A stretch of 63,779 bases of DNA, filler included. It is 10 parts of 10 records of this genome, joined end to end, with 100 filler letters (N's around TTAATTAATTAA, not from the genome) between each part and the next. Parts side by side here need not be neighbours in the genome. Positions count along the whole stretch, not along the records: positions 36,021 to 45,569 come from SRR7504441_8829; positions 45,670 to 59,447 come from SRR7504441_8839; 8 more parts are not named here. One strand, given 5' to 3'. The position numbers and the translations under genes were made by a program. The stretch's first letter is position 1; the number at the start of each line of letters is the position of its first letter. The notes under the pieces were generated by a model. That model searched no databases and was not told the DNA's origin. It was given only the letters and a program-made list of their open reading frames with translations. Positions 45,151 to 56,697 of this stretch are shown piece after piece.

Positions 45151-45669
45151 CACATCTAAAGTTGAATTATGCAATAGAAATACTCCCATGGATGGTCATC
45201 ATTGGATTATGTATATACTGCAACTGTTGGTGCGGCAACAATTGCGCACCTACGAGTAGCAGGCCCGCAGGCCTTGAGCCTAAATAAATTGCGGAAGAAG
45301 CTCAACAAGTGGGCCGAGCATCATCATCAATACATGTATTGAAAACACGCGTAAAACACGCGAGCCAGCCTTCAGTGAAGGCCGGCACCTCCAGGGCCAG
45401 CTCCGAGACCGGCGCCGGGCGTTCGACAACAGTCCACCCGGAGCACTGGCGCTTCTTTCTACTATTATTATTTAGTAACAACGTACCTTCCTTTTGAGGA
45501 ATAAAATCGAATCCGGTAACATCTCGGCTCGCATCAAATCAACAAACATGCTCGTCAAGATGCTCCTCCNNNNNNNNNNNNNNNNNNNNNNNNNNNNNNN
45601 NNNNNNNNNNNNNTTAATTAATTAANNNNNNNNNNNNNNNNNNNNNNNNNNNNNNNNNNNNNNNNNNNN

Positions 45670-46060
45670 GTGTTTGGTACCGATTCTTCCTCGGCAGCTA
45701 ACTAGCAATGTTATAATGCAACAGGGCACACTGTGCTCATCTTCATCAATCAGGTGTACCGGGTCATAGTGTGCACCATTGTAGCATACTGCTATCCTTT
45801 GCTGGCACTCACTGTACTCCTCTGGCCTGATCTCCTCTACATTCTGGTTCCATCTCTGTGGCTCCTGTGACAGCCTCTGTAAATAGCTGCTTTGTCACTT
45901 GGGCAGCTGGCGTCTCCTCGATCCTTTCGATGTGATCGCCATCTGCGTCCGAGACATCCGCCGACGATGCAGGATCTGCCGGGGATCCCAGCAGTCCGGC
46001 GTCCGAGAACACGTCATTGTCCTCTGTCAGCAGGTCTACGTAAAACGAGTTCATTAGCAT
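45670..46060 (-). CDS. Hypothetical acidic protein, N-terminal fragment
   Basis: Short acidic ORF from ATG 46060 running toward the gap. Confidence 0.3.
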
Positions 46061-46278
46061 TCATGCGTTTAATGATTGATTTATGCGCTCCTACGAATAG
46101 GTCGTAAACTTGTCACAATTCTCATGTTGTCCAATTCTTAACATGGCCAAGCGTTCTGTGTAGGTCGTGTAGGTACTCACACTGTGATGGGCGTGATGCG
46201 TGTATGAAATACAGTCGTGGATTGTCATGGATTTCCTTGTGAATTGCGGGATTCTGGTTCCTCCGAATCATTACCAAA

Positions 46279-49200
46279 TCATAGCCGTGAATGCTGCGAA
46301 TTCATTATGCTCTCGAATGCGCTCTGCTGTGAGACTATGGTGCTGAAATCGTGTTCAGGCTTCATTACCACCCCGCAAGAGGTCATGCCATCGATCACGA
46401 TTTCGAGTGGCTGCTCAAAGTGGAGGGTTCGCACAACATCCTTGGATTGCCTGCACAGAAAGATTAGTCAGCCCCAAATCTCACAGATAAGGTGATGCTA
46501 GTAGCCCACACAGCCTCTACCCTGGCCCCTTCCCATGACTACAGTGTGACGCACCGCTCCTCGTGGGGTAGCAGGTGTTTGAGCCAGTGAAAGTTGACGT
46601 GCCCCTCGTCCGACTGATACACAGTGAAATAGGCAATACCAAACGAGACGAGGTTCTGGAAGAAATGGGTACCTTCGGATGGCGGCACGTCGGTACCTTG
46701 AATGTCCGTCTCTACAATGCACCTTGTGGCGTTGATGTCGGACCATTGCACAGGAATACCCATGGCCGGCTGCTTGGTGCCGACCCGTCCAGGGCAGACA
46801 AGCAGATACTTTGCCTCTCTTGCATTGAACTCCTGATTCAACGCCGCAATGGTTGGCACAAGCTCAGCTGCACGACTAGGTTCAAAATTGTCGAGATCGA
46901 TGAACACTATATCATGGACTCCCTCAATCCCTCCGTTGCCAAGGGCACGCTTTGTCGCTATGATTGAGACATCTGGTGATGGAAGAGTGCTGAATCCTTG
47001 ATAAACGTTGCTCCGCCACATTGACATCGGTCGAGTCTGAAGCAGCACAAAGTCATGAGGCTCGTTTGGATCTTCCGCTAGATTCACAGCAAACTCAATC
47101 TCTACAGGGCACTCAAAGCCATGGGAGCCGATCTTGAGCAACGTAGTGAGCAGGCTCCTTAGGTCCAGATCTCGGCAATTCAGGACGCCATCCATCGTTA
47201 CCACTTTCTTAAGGCCGTTAGCCACAAGATCGGGCTGCTCTGGGGTGCTGGCAACAGGGCTGTGCTTGGAGAACTCCCTCCGAAGCCCATGCACATCTTG
47301 TCCCCCGAGCCGCTCTGCATTAGTCACGGTGCCTGACTGAGACAGTTGGTCTCTGGGGCTCTTGTATGGCATGTGCACGACTTCACCGTTGATGTCAATA
47401 AAACCTCCGACAGGCGACAGTGTGCCATGCTCATGGGCAAGGTCAACATTCACATCAACCAACGACTTCTCCTCTCGGAAGGGCAACGTGACATCCAGCG
47501 CCATGAATGTGTCCTGCAGCTTACCTGAGTAAGTGGGCCCGTAATCGGAGTTGGCTGGGATGCGCACGCATGCACCGCCATCGACGACTGTGCCACCCAG
47601 CCCAAGCGCAAGCAGGGCGATTCCATCGGATGCTCGAGCGCCTTGTTGAGGGTAGAAGTTGTGGGCCCGGGCAACCCCAGACAAACTGGGGTAGATCCAC
47701 TTATCGTGCCGAGAGCCAGCAATCTCCTGAATGAGGACTGCCATTTTCATTTCTTCGGTTCGGAACGAGGTGGATCTCATGTAGTTCTTGGCTTCGGTCC
47801 AGAACGTGGAGGCATAGACGAGTTTGATGGCTTGGCATACCTCGTTGATTCTGAAATCAAGCGACGGGCTCTGATTAGGCAAAAAGTAGGTTTTGTAGAT
47901 GCCAGCAAATGGTTGTCTGAAGGTGTCCTCAAACAAAGATGAGGACCGTACAGCCAACGGCACGTCCTTGACTGCCTCGCAGAACCTGCTGATGTCGTTC
48001 ATGAGACCGACCGGTAGCTTGGCAGACAGAAACGCTTCAGTGATCATCGTGTCACTGCTGCCAAGCTGCAGGTTCAGGGCAAAGTCGTAAAGCTGTGACT
48101 TCTCCATGAAGTCGTCAAACACTGAGGTTGAGATTGCCAGCGTCCATGGCACCCGGACCCTCACACCAGGGAACTGAGCCCTCAGCCCCGCCTCCTCAAG
48201 GGTCATGTGCATGAATCCCAGGCCGCGGCCCTTTCCGCCGAGCGAGCCTGAGCCGATCCGAGTGAAGTGGGTGGTTTCAGGGTCAAACTGGGACGGTTTG
48301 AACTGGACGATCGTGTGCGCGTTCATCTTGTTGCGGTGTGCAACAATGCTTGATATGATAAACCGGCGGATCTCTGAAATGTCGGTCTTGGTGGTACAGG
48401 TGCCGATAATCTCGGCGAGTTCGAACTCACCTCGACAGACAAGCCAACGCTGAAAGTCGCGGTTGAAGTTATGAAGCACCACGGAGATATCGGGCACCTG
48501 TGGCATGAGTCAGGACTCAGGGTTGGGAGAGTGAGACCTTGCCAGGCTCCGAAAGACACGCACAGAATGCTTTAAGATCGTCAGCGACTGTGATCACCTT
48601 GAGAGCACAACAAGTTGGCCAGAGCAGCGCCCGGTGTGGCCAGCCACCTGGCCGTTGGGCACTCGGAATCTGAACGGGCCAAACCCAAGGTTGTTGGTCA
48701 TGAATTCACGAAGGTCTTGGAGCATCGTGTTGGAGCCCTTGTGCAGGAACACTGCCTTGACTGACTCGGCTGCCTCCTGGTTGCTAATTGACTGCGACTG
48801 CACCCACCCTGTGACCAATGCAAGCCTCTACTTTGACCTGCAGCACGATCGGGATTTGGCTATCCTGTGCCCGAATCTCCCGAATCAGCGTGATCCCTGC
48901 CCCTGCTCAGCTGCAGCCCCAGCCGGACCCACCAGCGTACGGGTCGTGCTTGCCGTTCTTTGGGAAAGCTGCATCGCACACCTGACCAGGTCGCTCAGAT
49001 TGCTCCAGATGGGCCGCAAACCACGCCAGCAAGCCGATTCTTGTATTGATTGTATAGCAGCTCAGCTTCTTCAAAGGTGGTCGCCAGCAGAATCTGTGTG
49101 CACCAGATCAGCCGCTGACCAGCCGGGGCTTGCCTTCGGCCGGGCCCTCATCCTGAGCAGCCGCTGGAGTTCGGTGCCCGTGTCGTCCATCACAGTTTGA

Positions 49201-50227
49201 GTCTGCCTCACGACCTCCGTGTACAGCATCGGTAGGAACGAGGAATAGAACTTAACATTGTCCTCGACCAGCAGGATCACACGGATTCCCGGCTCGATCT
49301 CAGCATCGGCCCTGCGCCCGGCTCGCCCGGCCAGCGGGCACAGCCGGCTCACGCGGTGTTTAGCCGGTCTTCGACTGTCTTTATCATCGCCATGAACAGC
49401 CTCACGTCTCCCTGCCAGATGAACGGCCAGACCCACACTTTGAGCCCCTCCGACTGCCGGTTCTGGGCAGATTTCTCCCAGTTGACCCGCTTGTTCACAT
49501 TCACCCGGCCTGTCAGCCGCTCGGCCCGGCCCGGCCGGCGGAATCACCCAACTCGTCCACCCGCGGGTCGATCTGCTGCAGCTCGGCCTGCCGCGGCCGG
49601 ATGGCGCCCGGGGCCGAGGGCGGGATTGCCTCGGTGGTGGCGAGCACCAGGATCGGTATGCCCGGGGTCATCTTCTGAATGTTCTCCACGAACCCAAACA
49701 CGTCCACCCCGTGGCCCACTCGGAGCGACGATATCACCTGCACCCGCTCGAGCCCCGGCCCAGCCGCCTCGGGTACCAAGTCGAACGTGTAGCTGTTGAG
49801 CATGGCGTACGCCTGCCGACAGGCCCAAGGGTCAAAATAGCGCTCTAAAACGCTCCAAATGGGCAAACCGCTATGGCTAGGGCTAGGTGCAACACTCCTT
49901 ATGTACCTCGTCCACCGAGGACACCCGCTCGATGTGCGGGAAGGCGGTCAGGTTGAGCTCGGTGTAACTGCCCCGCCGGTCGGCCCGGCACCGGCGGGGC
50001 CACGCACGTGTTGAACAACGACTGGGAGAGCTGGCCATCCTCTGGCAGCCCGGCTCAGCCCGGGGGCGAGGCGGGGGGATGCCTTGGAAGGTGAAGTAAT
50101 CGTAGCGGGAGGCCACCAGCAGGATGCGCTTAACCCGGCGAGTCATCAGCAGCTGGAAGTTCTTGGCCCGCTTCCCGAAGTGCTCCGAGCTCAGCACCGG
50201 CGCGGGCGACCAGTTGGAATCGCCCAT
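46279..50227 (-). CDS. Receiver-domain + PEP synthase/PPDK N-terminal ATP-grasp + GTHFF protein (bacterial, Bacteroidetes-type family) with 14 spliceosomal introns
   Basis: Spliced product: FQLLMTRRVKRILLVASRYDYFTFQEDG, ILLVEDNVKFYSSFLP, LRMRARPKILLA, VCDAAFP, LGFGPF, IGSGSLGGKGRGL, PLAVRSSSLFED..QPFAGIY, EEMKMAVLIQE, LGLG, VEIEFA, LLQTRP, GIPVQW, PSEGTHFFQNLVSFG and IDG..GVVMKP. Confidence 0.9.
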
Positions 50228-50413
50228 CCTGTCCGGGAGTGCGTGTGTGGTGCCTCGGCGAGCACAGGAGCTAGCGTATGCTCGAGTGGCTTGTGCTACA
50301 GTTCGTTCCGTTGCCGAGCAGGAGGTTGCCCAACAACGACATCACCGGCCTCGGCGAGCACAGGTGCTCGCGTTGCTCGAGGGCGCCGGGGTTCGCGAGG
50401 GCACACGGGCACG

Positions 50414-53400
50414 ATGGGCAAGAAGGGCAAGTCGGAGGCGGTCCGCGTGAACGTGCGCTTCCGGCCGCTGCAGGACTGGGAGCGGGCGGCGATGGCGGAG
50501 CGGGGCGAGGGGTACATGAAGGCCGAGCCGTTCCGGTGCCAGAACAACTCGGTGCTCGACCTGCTCGGGCACCGCAAGCCGTTCGTGTACGACTCGGTGA
50601 TGCCCGTGGGGAGCGCGCAGCAGTTCGTGTACGACACGGTGGCCAAGAGCTACGTGCAGGAGCTGATGGACGGGTACGATGTCACCATTTTTGCCTACGG
50701 CCAGACCGGCAGCGGCAAAACCTACACCATGGTGGGTCGGCGGCCCCCGGCGGTGCTGACGCTGGCCAGATGGGTCCGCCGGAGGACCCTGGGGTTACGA
50801 TGCGCATGATCGAGGACGTGTTCGCCGCCAAGGCCAACTACGGACGCGAACGGGAGAGGGAGGACCCTGGGGCTGCCAACCGGAAGATCACCTTCCAGGC
50901 GGCCTTCTACGAGATTTACAATGGTCAGCCCGCCCGGCTGCCCCGGTTGAGCTCGGCCACAGAGGCGATTAACGACCTGATCGAGCCGCAGAACAGAAAC
51001 CTGCGGGTGCGCTTCAGGGACCAAACGCCGTTCGTCGAGGGGTAATCAGCTGGCCTGTCGGTCTGATTCGGCCGGGGCAGCCTATCCAAATACCCGATGA
51101 AATCGGCCAACGAGGTCAAGGCGTTCATCAGTCGCGGCAACCAGAACCGGAAGGCAGGCCCCGGGCCCAGGCCCTGCTAGCGGAGGGCAGGTCGTCAAGA
51201 CTGAGATGAATCCAGAGTCGTCGCGCTCGCACTCGATCTTCCAGCTGTTCGTGTATGTGACCGAGCCGGACGGCCACGTCACGGCAGCCCCGTCGCTCAC
51301 GCTGGGCGATCTTGCCGGGTGCGAGCGGGTGGAAAAGTCCGGAGTGCAGGGCGTGCACTTTGCTGAGGCGATCAACATCAACAAGTCGCTCATGAATCTG
51401 GCCAGCTGCATCAACGCGCTCACCACGGGGGCCGGGCACATTCCGTACCGCGACTCTGTGCTCACCACGATCCTCAAGAATGCGCTGGGCGGCAGCTCAA
51501 AGGTGTCTCTGGTGGTCAACTGCAACCCTCACCCAGACAACCGGGACGAGACTATGAGCGCGCTCCGGTTTGGGGTGCGGTGCAAGCTGGTGAAGAATGC
51601 GGTGGTGGCCAAGACGAGCAAGTCGATCAAGCAGCTGGAGGCTGAGGTGGAGAAGCTGACCAAGGAGCTTGCGCTGATGAAGAGCCTGTACAGCCAGATG
51701 GATGAGCACCATAGGCTGGTGCACCCAGACTGTGGCTGGGCGGCCGACGAGAGTGTGCTGCTCGAGGATGGCGATGAGGACGACCGGCCTGACACCCCAA
51801 TGCACCGTCAGGCTCGCGCTCTCGAGGTGGAGGAGGCAGAGGAGGACATCCGTGAGCTCGAGACACAAATCGAGGATATGACTGAGGGTGAAGAGAAGGA
51901 GAGGCTGCTTGCCCAGCTCCAGCAGATGAGGGCGCGCAAGGCGCAGCTAGAGGAGCAGCACCATGAGAATATGGAGAGTGCGGCGCTCGAGCGAGAGATG
52001 CGAAGCTCAAAGACGATCCACCTTGGCGACCGGGCTTTGATGGTCACCAACATAGCCGAGCTCGAGCATCAACTCAAGCAGTCCAACGACGCACATGAAC
52101 AGACGCGTGAGTGTGCGCCTGCGCTGACGGTTGACAGGCTGTGGCAGGCGGAGATCTTGCGGCTGCAACTGCGAGGATTGAGGCGCTTCAGCTAGAGAAC
52201 GAACGGGTTGCTGAAAAGTTTGAAAAGTTCCGGAGGACGGCAGAAACTATGATGAAGACAGAGCAAAACCACATGGACAGCAAGTTGTCAGCCGCAGAAA
52301 CCGCGGCAGATGAGGCACGTGTGGCCAAGGAGCACGCGGTTCTCTCTACTAAGGAGGTGGAGCGTACTTTGGAGGAAACTAAGACCGAGCTGAGCGAGGC
52401 CAAGGCCGTGACACTCAAAGTGCAGCAACTGGCAACTGGGGCGGAGGCACAGGCTGCTGAGGCCCGACAAGCCGAGTCGGTTGCCAAGGCTGAGGCCAAG
52501 CGGCTTGAGGAGGCGCACGCGGAGCAGGTAACCAGCATGGAAGAGCAGCACGTGACAGAGCTGAGAGAACAGAAGGAGAAGCAGGATGCTGAGCTGCAAC
52601 AGGCGCGCGAATCCCTTGGTAACGAGATCAAGGCCTTGCAAGGGTCTCTGCACGCGGTGAAGGTGACTGCCAAGCCTGCAGATGGTGCTGACTATGATGT
52701 GCAGGAGGACTCTGGGCGGGCTGCTGAGGAGGAGCAGGCAGCCTGGGACCGGCAGAAGGCAATGCTCGAGCAGCAGATCAAGGCCGAGCAGTCCAAGGGC
52801 CAGGAGTGGCACTTTGTAGCCGTCACGTACAAGAGCCAAGTCAAATCGGCCCAGTCCAAGATGAAGGCCACCGAGGAGAAACTTGAAGTCACCCGTTCTC
52901 TGCATCTGCAGGAGCTGGCAGCCATGAACGATAAGCGGAACGCGGTTCAAGAAGAGCTGAACAGCAAGCTTCAGGAGCTGCAACAGGCCGAGCAACATGT
53001 CAGCACCCAGAGCGCCGAGATTGAGCGATTATCAACAAAGCTCTCATCGACTCTTGACGAAGTTTTGGCAGAAAAGAAGGAGAAGAAGAGCATTGCGGAG
53101 GACATGCTTGCTTTCAAGAACCAGGCTTTCATGGAGAAGACCATGCGTGATGACCTCGAGCAGTCACTGGGTGGCGTAGACGTGTTTCAAAGGGCAATTC
53201 GGTGCAATGAGCTTGAGATGGAAATTGCCAGACTCGGCAGGCTCAATTGGATTCTTGATTATCAGCTCCGGTCAGCCACTCACGGTATGGTGATTGATGT
53301 GACCACATTTGAGCCGAGGGCCCTGTTGGCTGGCTGGCTGAAGAGGAAAGGGACGCTCACATGGTCAAATAAGTACTTCCGGACTAATTACAACCCAGAC

Positions 53401-53634
53401 ACAAACACCGGAGTGCTGACACAGCACGAGGATGAGAAGAAGAGCAAGGCACAAGAGACTTGGAAGTTCTCACAATTTGAAAACATTTTATTTGACATTG
53501 AGGAGCGTTATATATCCCTATTCCTGCATGGGATTGATGACCCGATCAGGCTTTATGCTGTCGAGGAGGATGCCTTCTACTCTTGGTCAAACTACCTTTA
53601 CTTCAGGGTCTTCCCTCCAAATTTTGATTTGTAA
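50414..53634 (+). CDS. Kinesin: N-terminal motor, long coiled coil, C-terminal PH domain
   Basis: FAYGQTGSGKTYTM, EIYNE, NPESSRSH, DLAGCER, INKSL and HIPYRDSVLT; five 37-41 nt introns (GC-AG at 51154-51190); tail AGWLKRKG..W..KYF...YSW. Confidence 0.92.
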
Positions 53635-53811
53635 ATTCTGAATCCATGTAGTTAATGGCATCAATAGGTCACAAGCCTCACTCCTTTTACTGTCCTCACT
53701 CCTTTGGGCAGTCTCTAACATATCCATGTATATTTTATTAATTAAACCGCGTTCGAAACAATATTAACGTACATGGAAAATTAATGCGGTATCGACTCCC
53801 ATTACGGTATC

Positions 53812-54702
53812 TCAAATTTGATTCACGTGTGCATCGCTTTCCCCTTGCCTTTCATCCCCATGTTCATCCAATGCTTCACTTTGAAGCAAATGCTTCTTCA
53901 GAAACTCGATTAGGATCTCAAAGTGCTCCTCGACCGCGATCCTTGTCGCTGGCAGGGCGATGTCCCCTCTCGACATGAACCCATGCTTCTGGTCGGTGGC
54001 TAGCCAGACGTTACCATTCACCGCCTCGTTGGCCGCCCGATTGGCCTCCTCTCTAGGAAGCCAGCTGTGGTGGTCCCCGTCGGTGTGGACCACAAGCTGC
54101 GGGCACCGCACTTGGCTGCACAAGTCGAGATGGTCCTCATCGTCGGCCAACGTGCGGCAGAGCGCCTCGACCGCTGGGTGGAAGCTAACTCCGCACCGGA
54201 ACTGCCCGGTGCCGCTGGCGTGGAAGACAGCGTACGAGCCAAAGCAGAAGCCAAGCACGCCGAATCTGATGGCGCCCTGGGCCCGCAGGTAAGGGAGCGA
54301 CTGCTCCATGTACAGCTCCCGCTGCTTGTTGGCCCACGACCACTGGCCCAGGCCGCACAGCTTGCAGCAGCAGACCATCCGGCAGGCAGCACGGCATATC
54401 AACCCGCAGCTGATCCCGTCACACTCGGGCGCATCAGCCATCTCCTCTCCCTGGAACAGGTCGGGCATGGTGACGAGCAGCCCCGGCAACGCCTGTGCCA
54501 GCTGGTCGCAGATGGCCCGGTGCCTCCCGCTGCGCACGCCGAAAACATCTGGGATGACGATCAGGCCTGCGCCGCACCCGGGGCCGTGCTGAACTACGTA
54601 GCTCTCGGTGCCCGCGTGCGTAACCCAGCGCCCCTGCTCCTCGTGCTGCGCGCCCTTCAAGATTGGTGGCCAGGCGCCCTCGGGACAGCACGAGGGGGGC
54701 AT
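53812..54702 (-). CDS. Dienelactone hydrolase family (CMBL-like) protein
   Basis: IPDVFG, MPDLF, GVLGFCFG (Cys nucleophile), SFHP and HGFMSRGD. Confidence 0.88.
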   Translation of the reverse strand: MPPSCCPEGAWPPILKGAQHEEQGRWVTHAGTESYVVQHGPGCGAGLIVIPDVFGVRSGRHRAICDQLAQALPGLLVTMPDLFQGEEMADAPECDGISCGLICRAACRMVCCCKLCGLGQWSWANKQRELYMEQSLPYLRAQGAIRFGVLGFCFGSYAVFHASGTGQFRCGVSFHPAVEALCRTLADDEDHLDLCSQVRCPQLVVHTDGDHHSWLPREEANRAANEAVNGNVWLATDQKHGFMSRGDIALPATRIAVEEHFEILIEFLKKHLLQSEALDEHGDERQGESDAHVNQI

Positions 54703-54899
54703 GCTTCGAGTGCCACTCCCAACCGCTTGCCGTTACAACTACATTACAATCATAATTTAATGAGCTGCGTACTCAATTAGTAAGGTATTGATGGATGGAC
54801 AGTAGATGAACAAGACGTTAACAAGACGTGACGACGTGATATATGAATATCATGATGAATTAACGAAACCTTGGGCTTGGCGATACCAATAGTCTCGTG

Positions 54900-56505
54900 A
54901 CGAGCTGCTGCGCTTGAGCTATGACAACCTCCAGTTCAGATTGGGATAGCTCGCCTTGGAGCGGATGTTCCAACTGTTCTACCATGTGCTGCAGCTCGGC
55001 CACCTCGTGGTACAGCTGCTGCGCCGCCAGCTGCTGCATTACCTGCCCGACAGATCAGTCAAGATAGGAGTCGATTCAGTGGCCACCTCTCGCCCCATGC
55101 GGATTGCAGTCATGATGTGGCTGCGAGCCAGATCAAACCCAGACGGACTCAGCCGGCCCCCGGGCGGGCTCAGCCGGCCAGATCCAAACGCGGCCTCAAA
55201 CTCGGCCCGGTCAAGCATCTGAGGCCACAGCTCAGCCCGGCACAGTCTGGGCTGGCTACCCCGTCCTTATTGATGTCGGCCGCATTGAAGAGCTCCGTGA
55301 GCAGCCGCGTGTCGGGCGAGCTCGACCCGAGCCGCTCCGATAGATTGTGGATTAGTTGCTGCAGCTGCGCTTGCTGGCTGCCAGGCTGTTCCAGCTGGCG
55401 GAGCTGGCACAGCTTGCCGAGCCATCCAAGCAAGCATTCGAGCTTGCCCTGCTCCAGATGGGCCCCCATCTCGAGCAAGCCGTCGGCCCGCCCGTCCGGA
55501 TTGGACCTGAGCTGCCTCATCGGCTCCATCAGCTCAGGACAGCCGGTCCTCTCCGCCCAGCCCCAGGCGGCCAGCTCCTCAGCCCAGGCCTGTGCCAGCA
55601 GATACAGCCGCTGGCTCTCCCCCCTTTGCTCTTCCGCGAGCAACGCCGCTTGGATCGCCGCCTGGGCCTGCTCGACTGACTCTATCACAGCGCTGTCCAG
55701 CTGCAAGCGAGACAGCCCCGCCAGCACGCCCAGCGCTGTGCCGAGCGATTCTGTTGTGGGCACGTCCAGCGCTTTGAGCACCAAGTTGGCCTGCGGCTCC
55801 TCCGCCGCCAGCAGCACCCGGTTCATGTGCCCGCCGGCCCGGTCACAGTGCTGCTGGCGCTGCTGCTGCAGCCTGCGCACGTCTCGCGCATGAAAGGCGA
55901 GTGCTGCCCTCTGCAGCAGCAGGCACAGCACTGCTAGCTCGCTCGAATGGTTCGCGTGTGGCCGGATCTCCTTGAGCATTCGGTCCCATGCTCCGCCGTC
56001 CAGCGCCGCGTCGTGCAGCCCGCACCGGGCTGCCCGCACCGCCCACCTCACCGCCCCCGCCGCCGCGCTGGTCGGCTCGAGGCCTGCACGCCGGGCCACG
56101 CCACGGCCGAATCTGATGGCGTCGCGCAGTGCCGCGCGGATTAGTGCGGTGCGCGCCGGCCCGACCGGGCCTCCGAGGTCTCGGATGAACCGGCTGGCCC
56201 CGGGGCCGTCGTCGGGCTGATAATCGGCTTGGAGGGCGATCAGCTCGAGCTCGCTGACGTGGATCGCGTAGTCCGGCAGCATGTCCCGGAAGCTGGCCAC
56301 AGAGCCCGGGTCCGCGGACGAGCTGGGCGGCGGGCACTCGCGAGCGGGGCTCCCGCTGGGCTTGCGGATGGCGTACGGGTTGGCCCGGTGGAGCAACACC
56401 TGCGGGCCGGGCTGAGCCGGCCGGGCACGGGGAGGGGGGTACCCGGTGGAGCCGGTCGAGCACCTGGCGCACCGGCGGCATATGGAAAAACGTCAACGCG
56501 TCCAT
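54900..56505 (-). CDS. Hypothetical helical protein with EF-hand(s); boundaries approximate
   Basis: LFNAADINKDG EF-hand loop; ORF pieces separated by mini-introns. Confidence 0.5.
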
Positions 56506-56697
56506 CGCTCCCGCGTTCAATTGGTCCCTACAGCGGGCCGAGGCATCCGTTCCATCGATCAAAGTTGAGGTATCCGTTTCCAACGGACCTCTGTGAAAAA
56601 AGAAAGAAAACAGAAAGCTGTTGCCAACTGTCGTGTCGTCTACAGGTCGCGCCACAACCCGAGCGCGAGCCGGGAAGCCGAGCCCAGGTTCTTTACG

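Noticed and set aside
2535-52148. Mini-introns as Introner-like transposons
   Set aside because: Lengths are uniform, but I saw no shared internal sequence, terminal inverted repeats or consistent target-site duplications; an all-vs-all intron comparison would be the definitive test.
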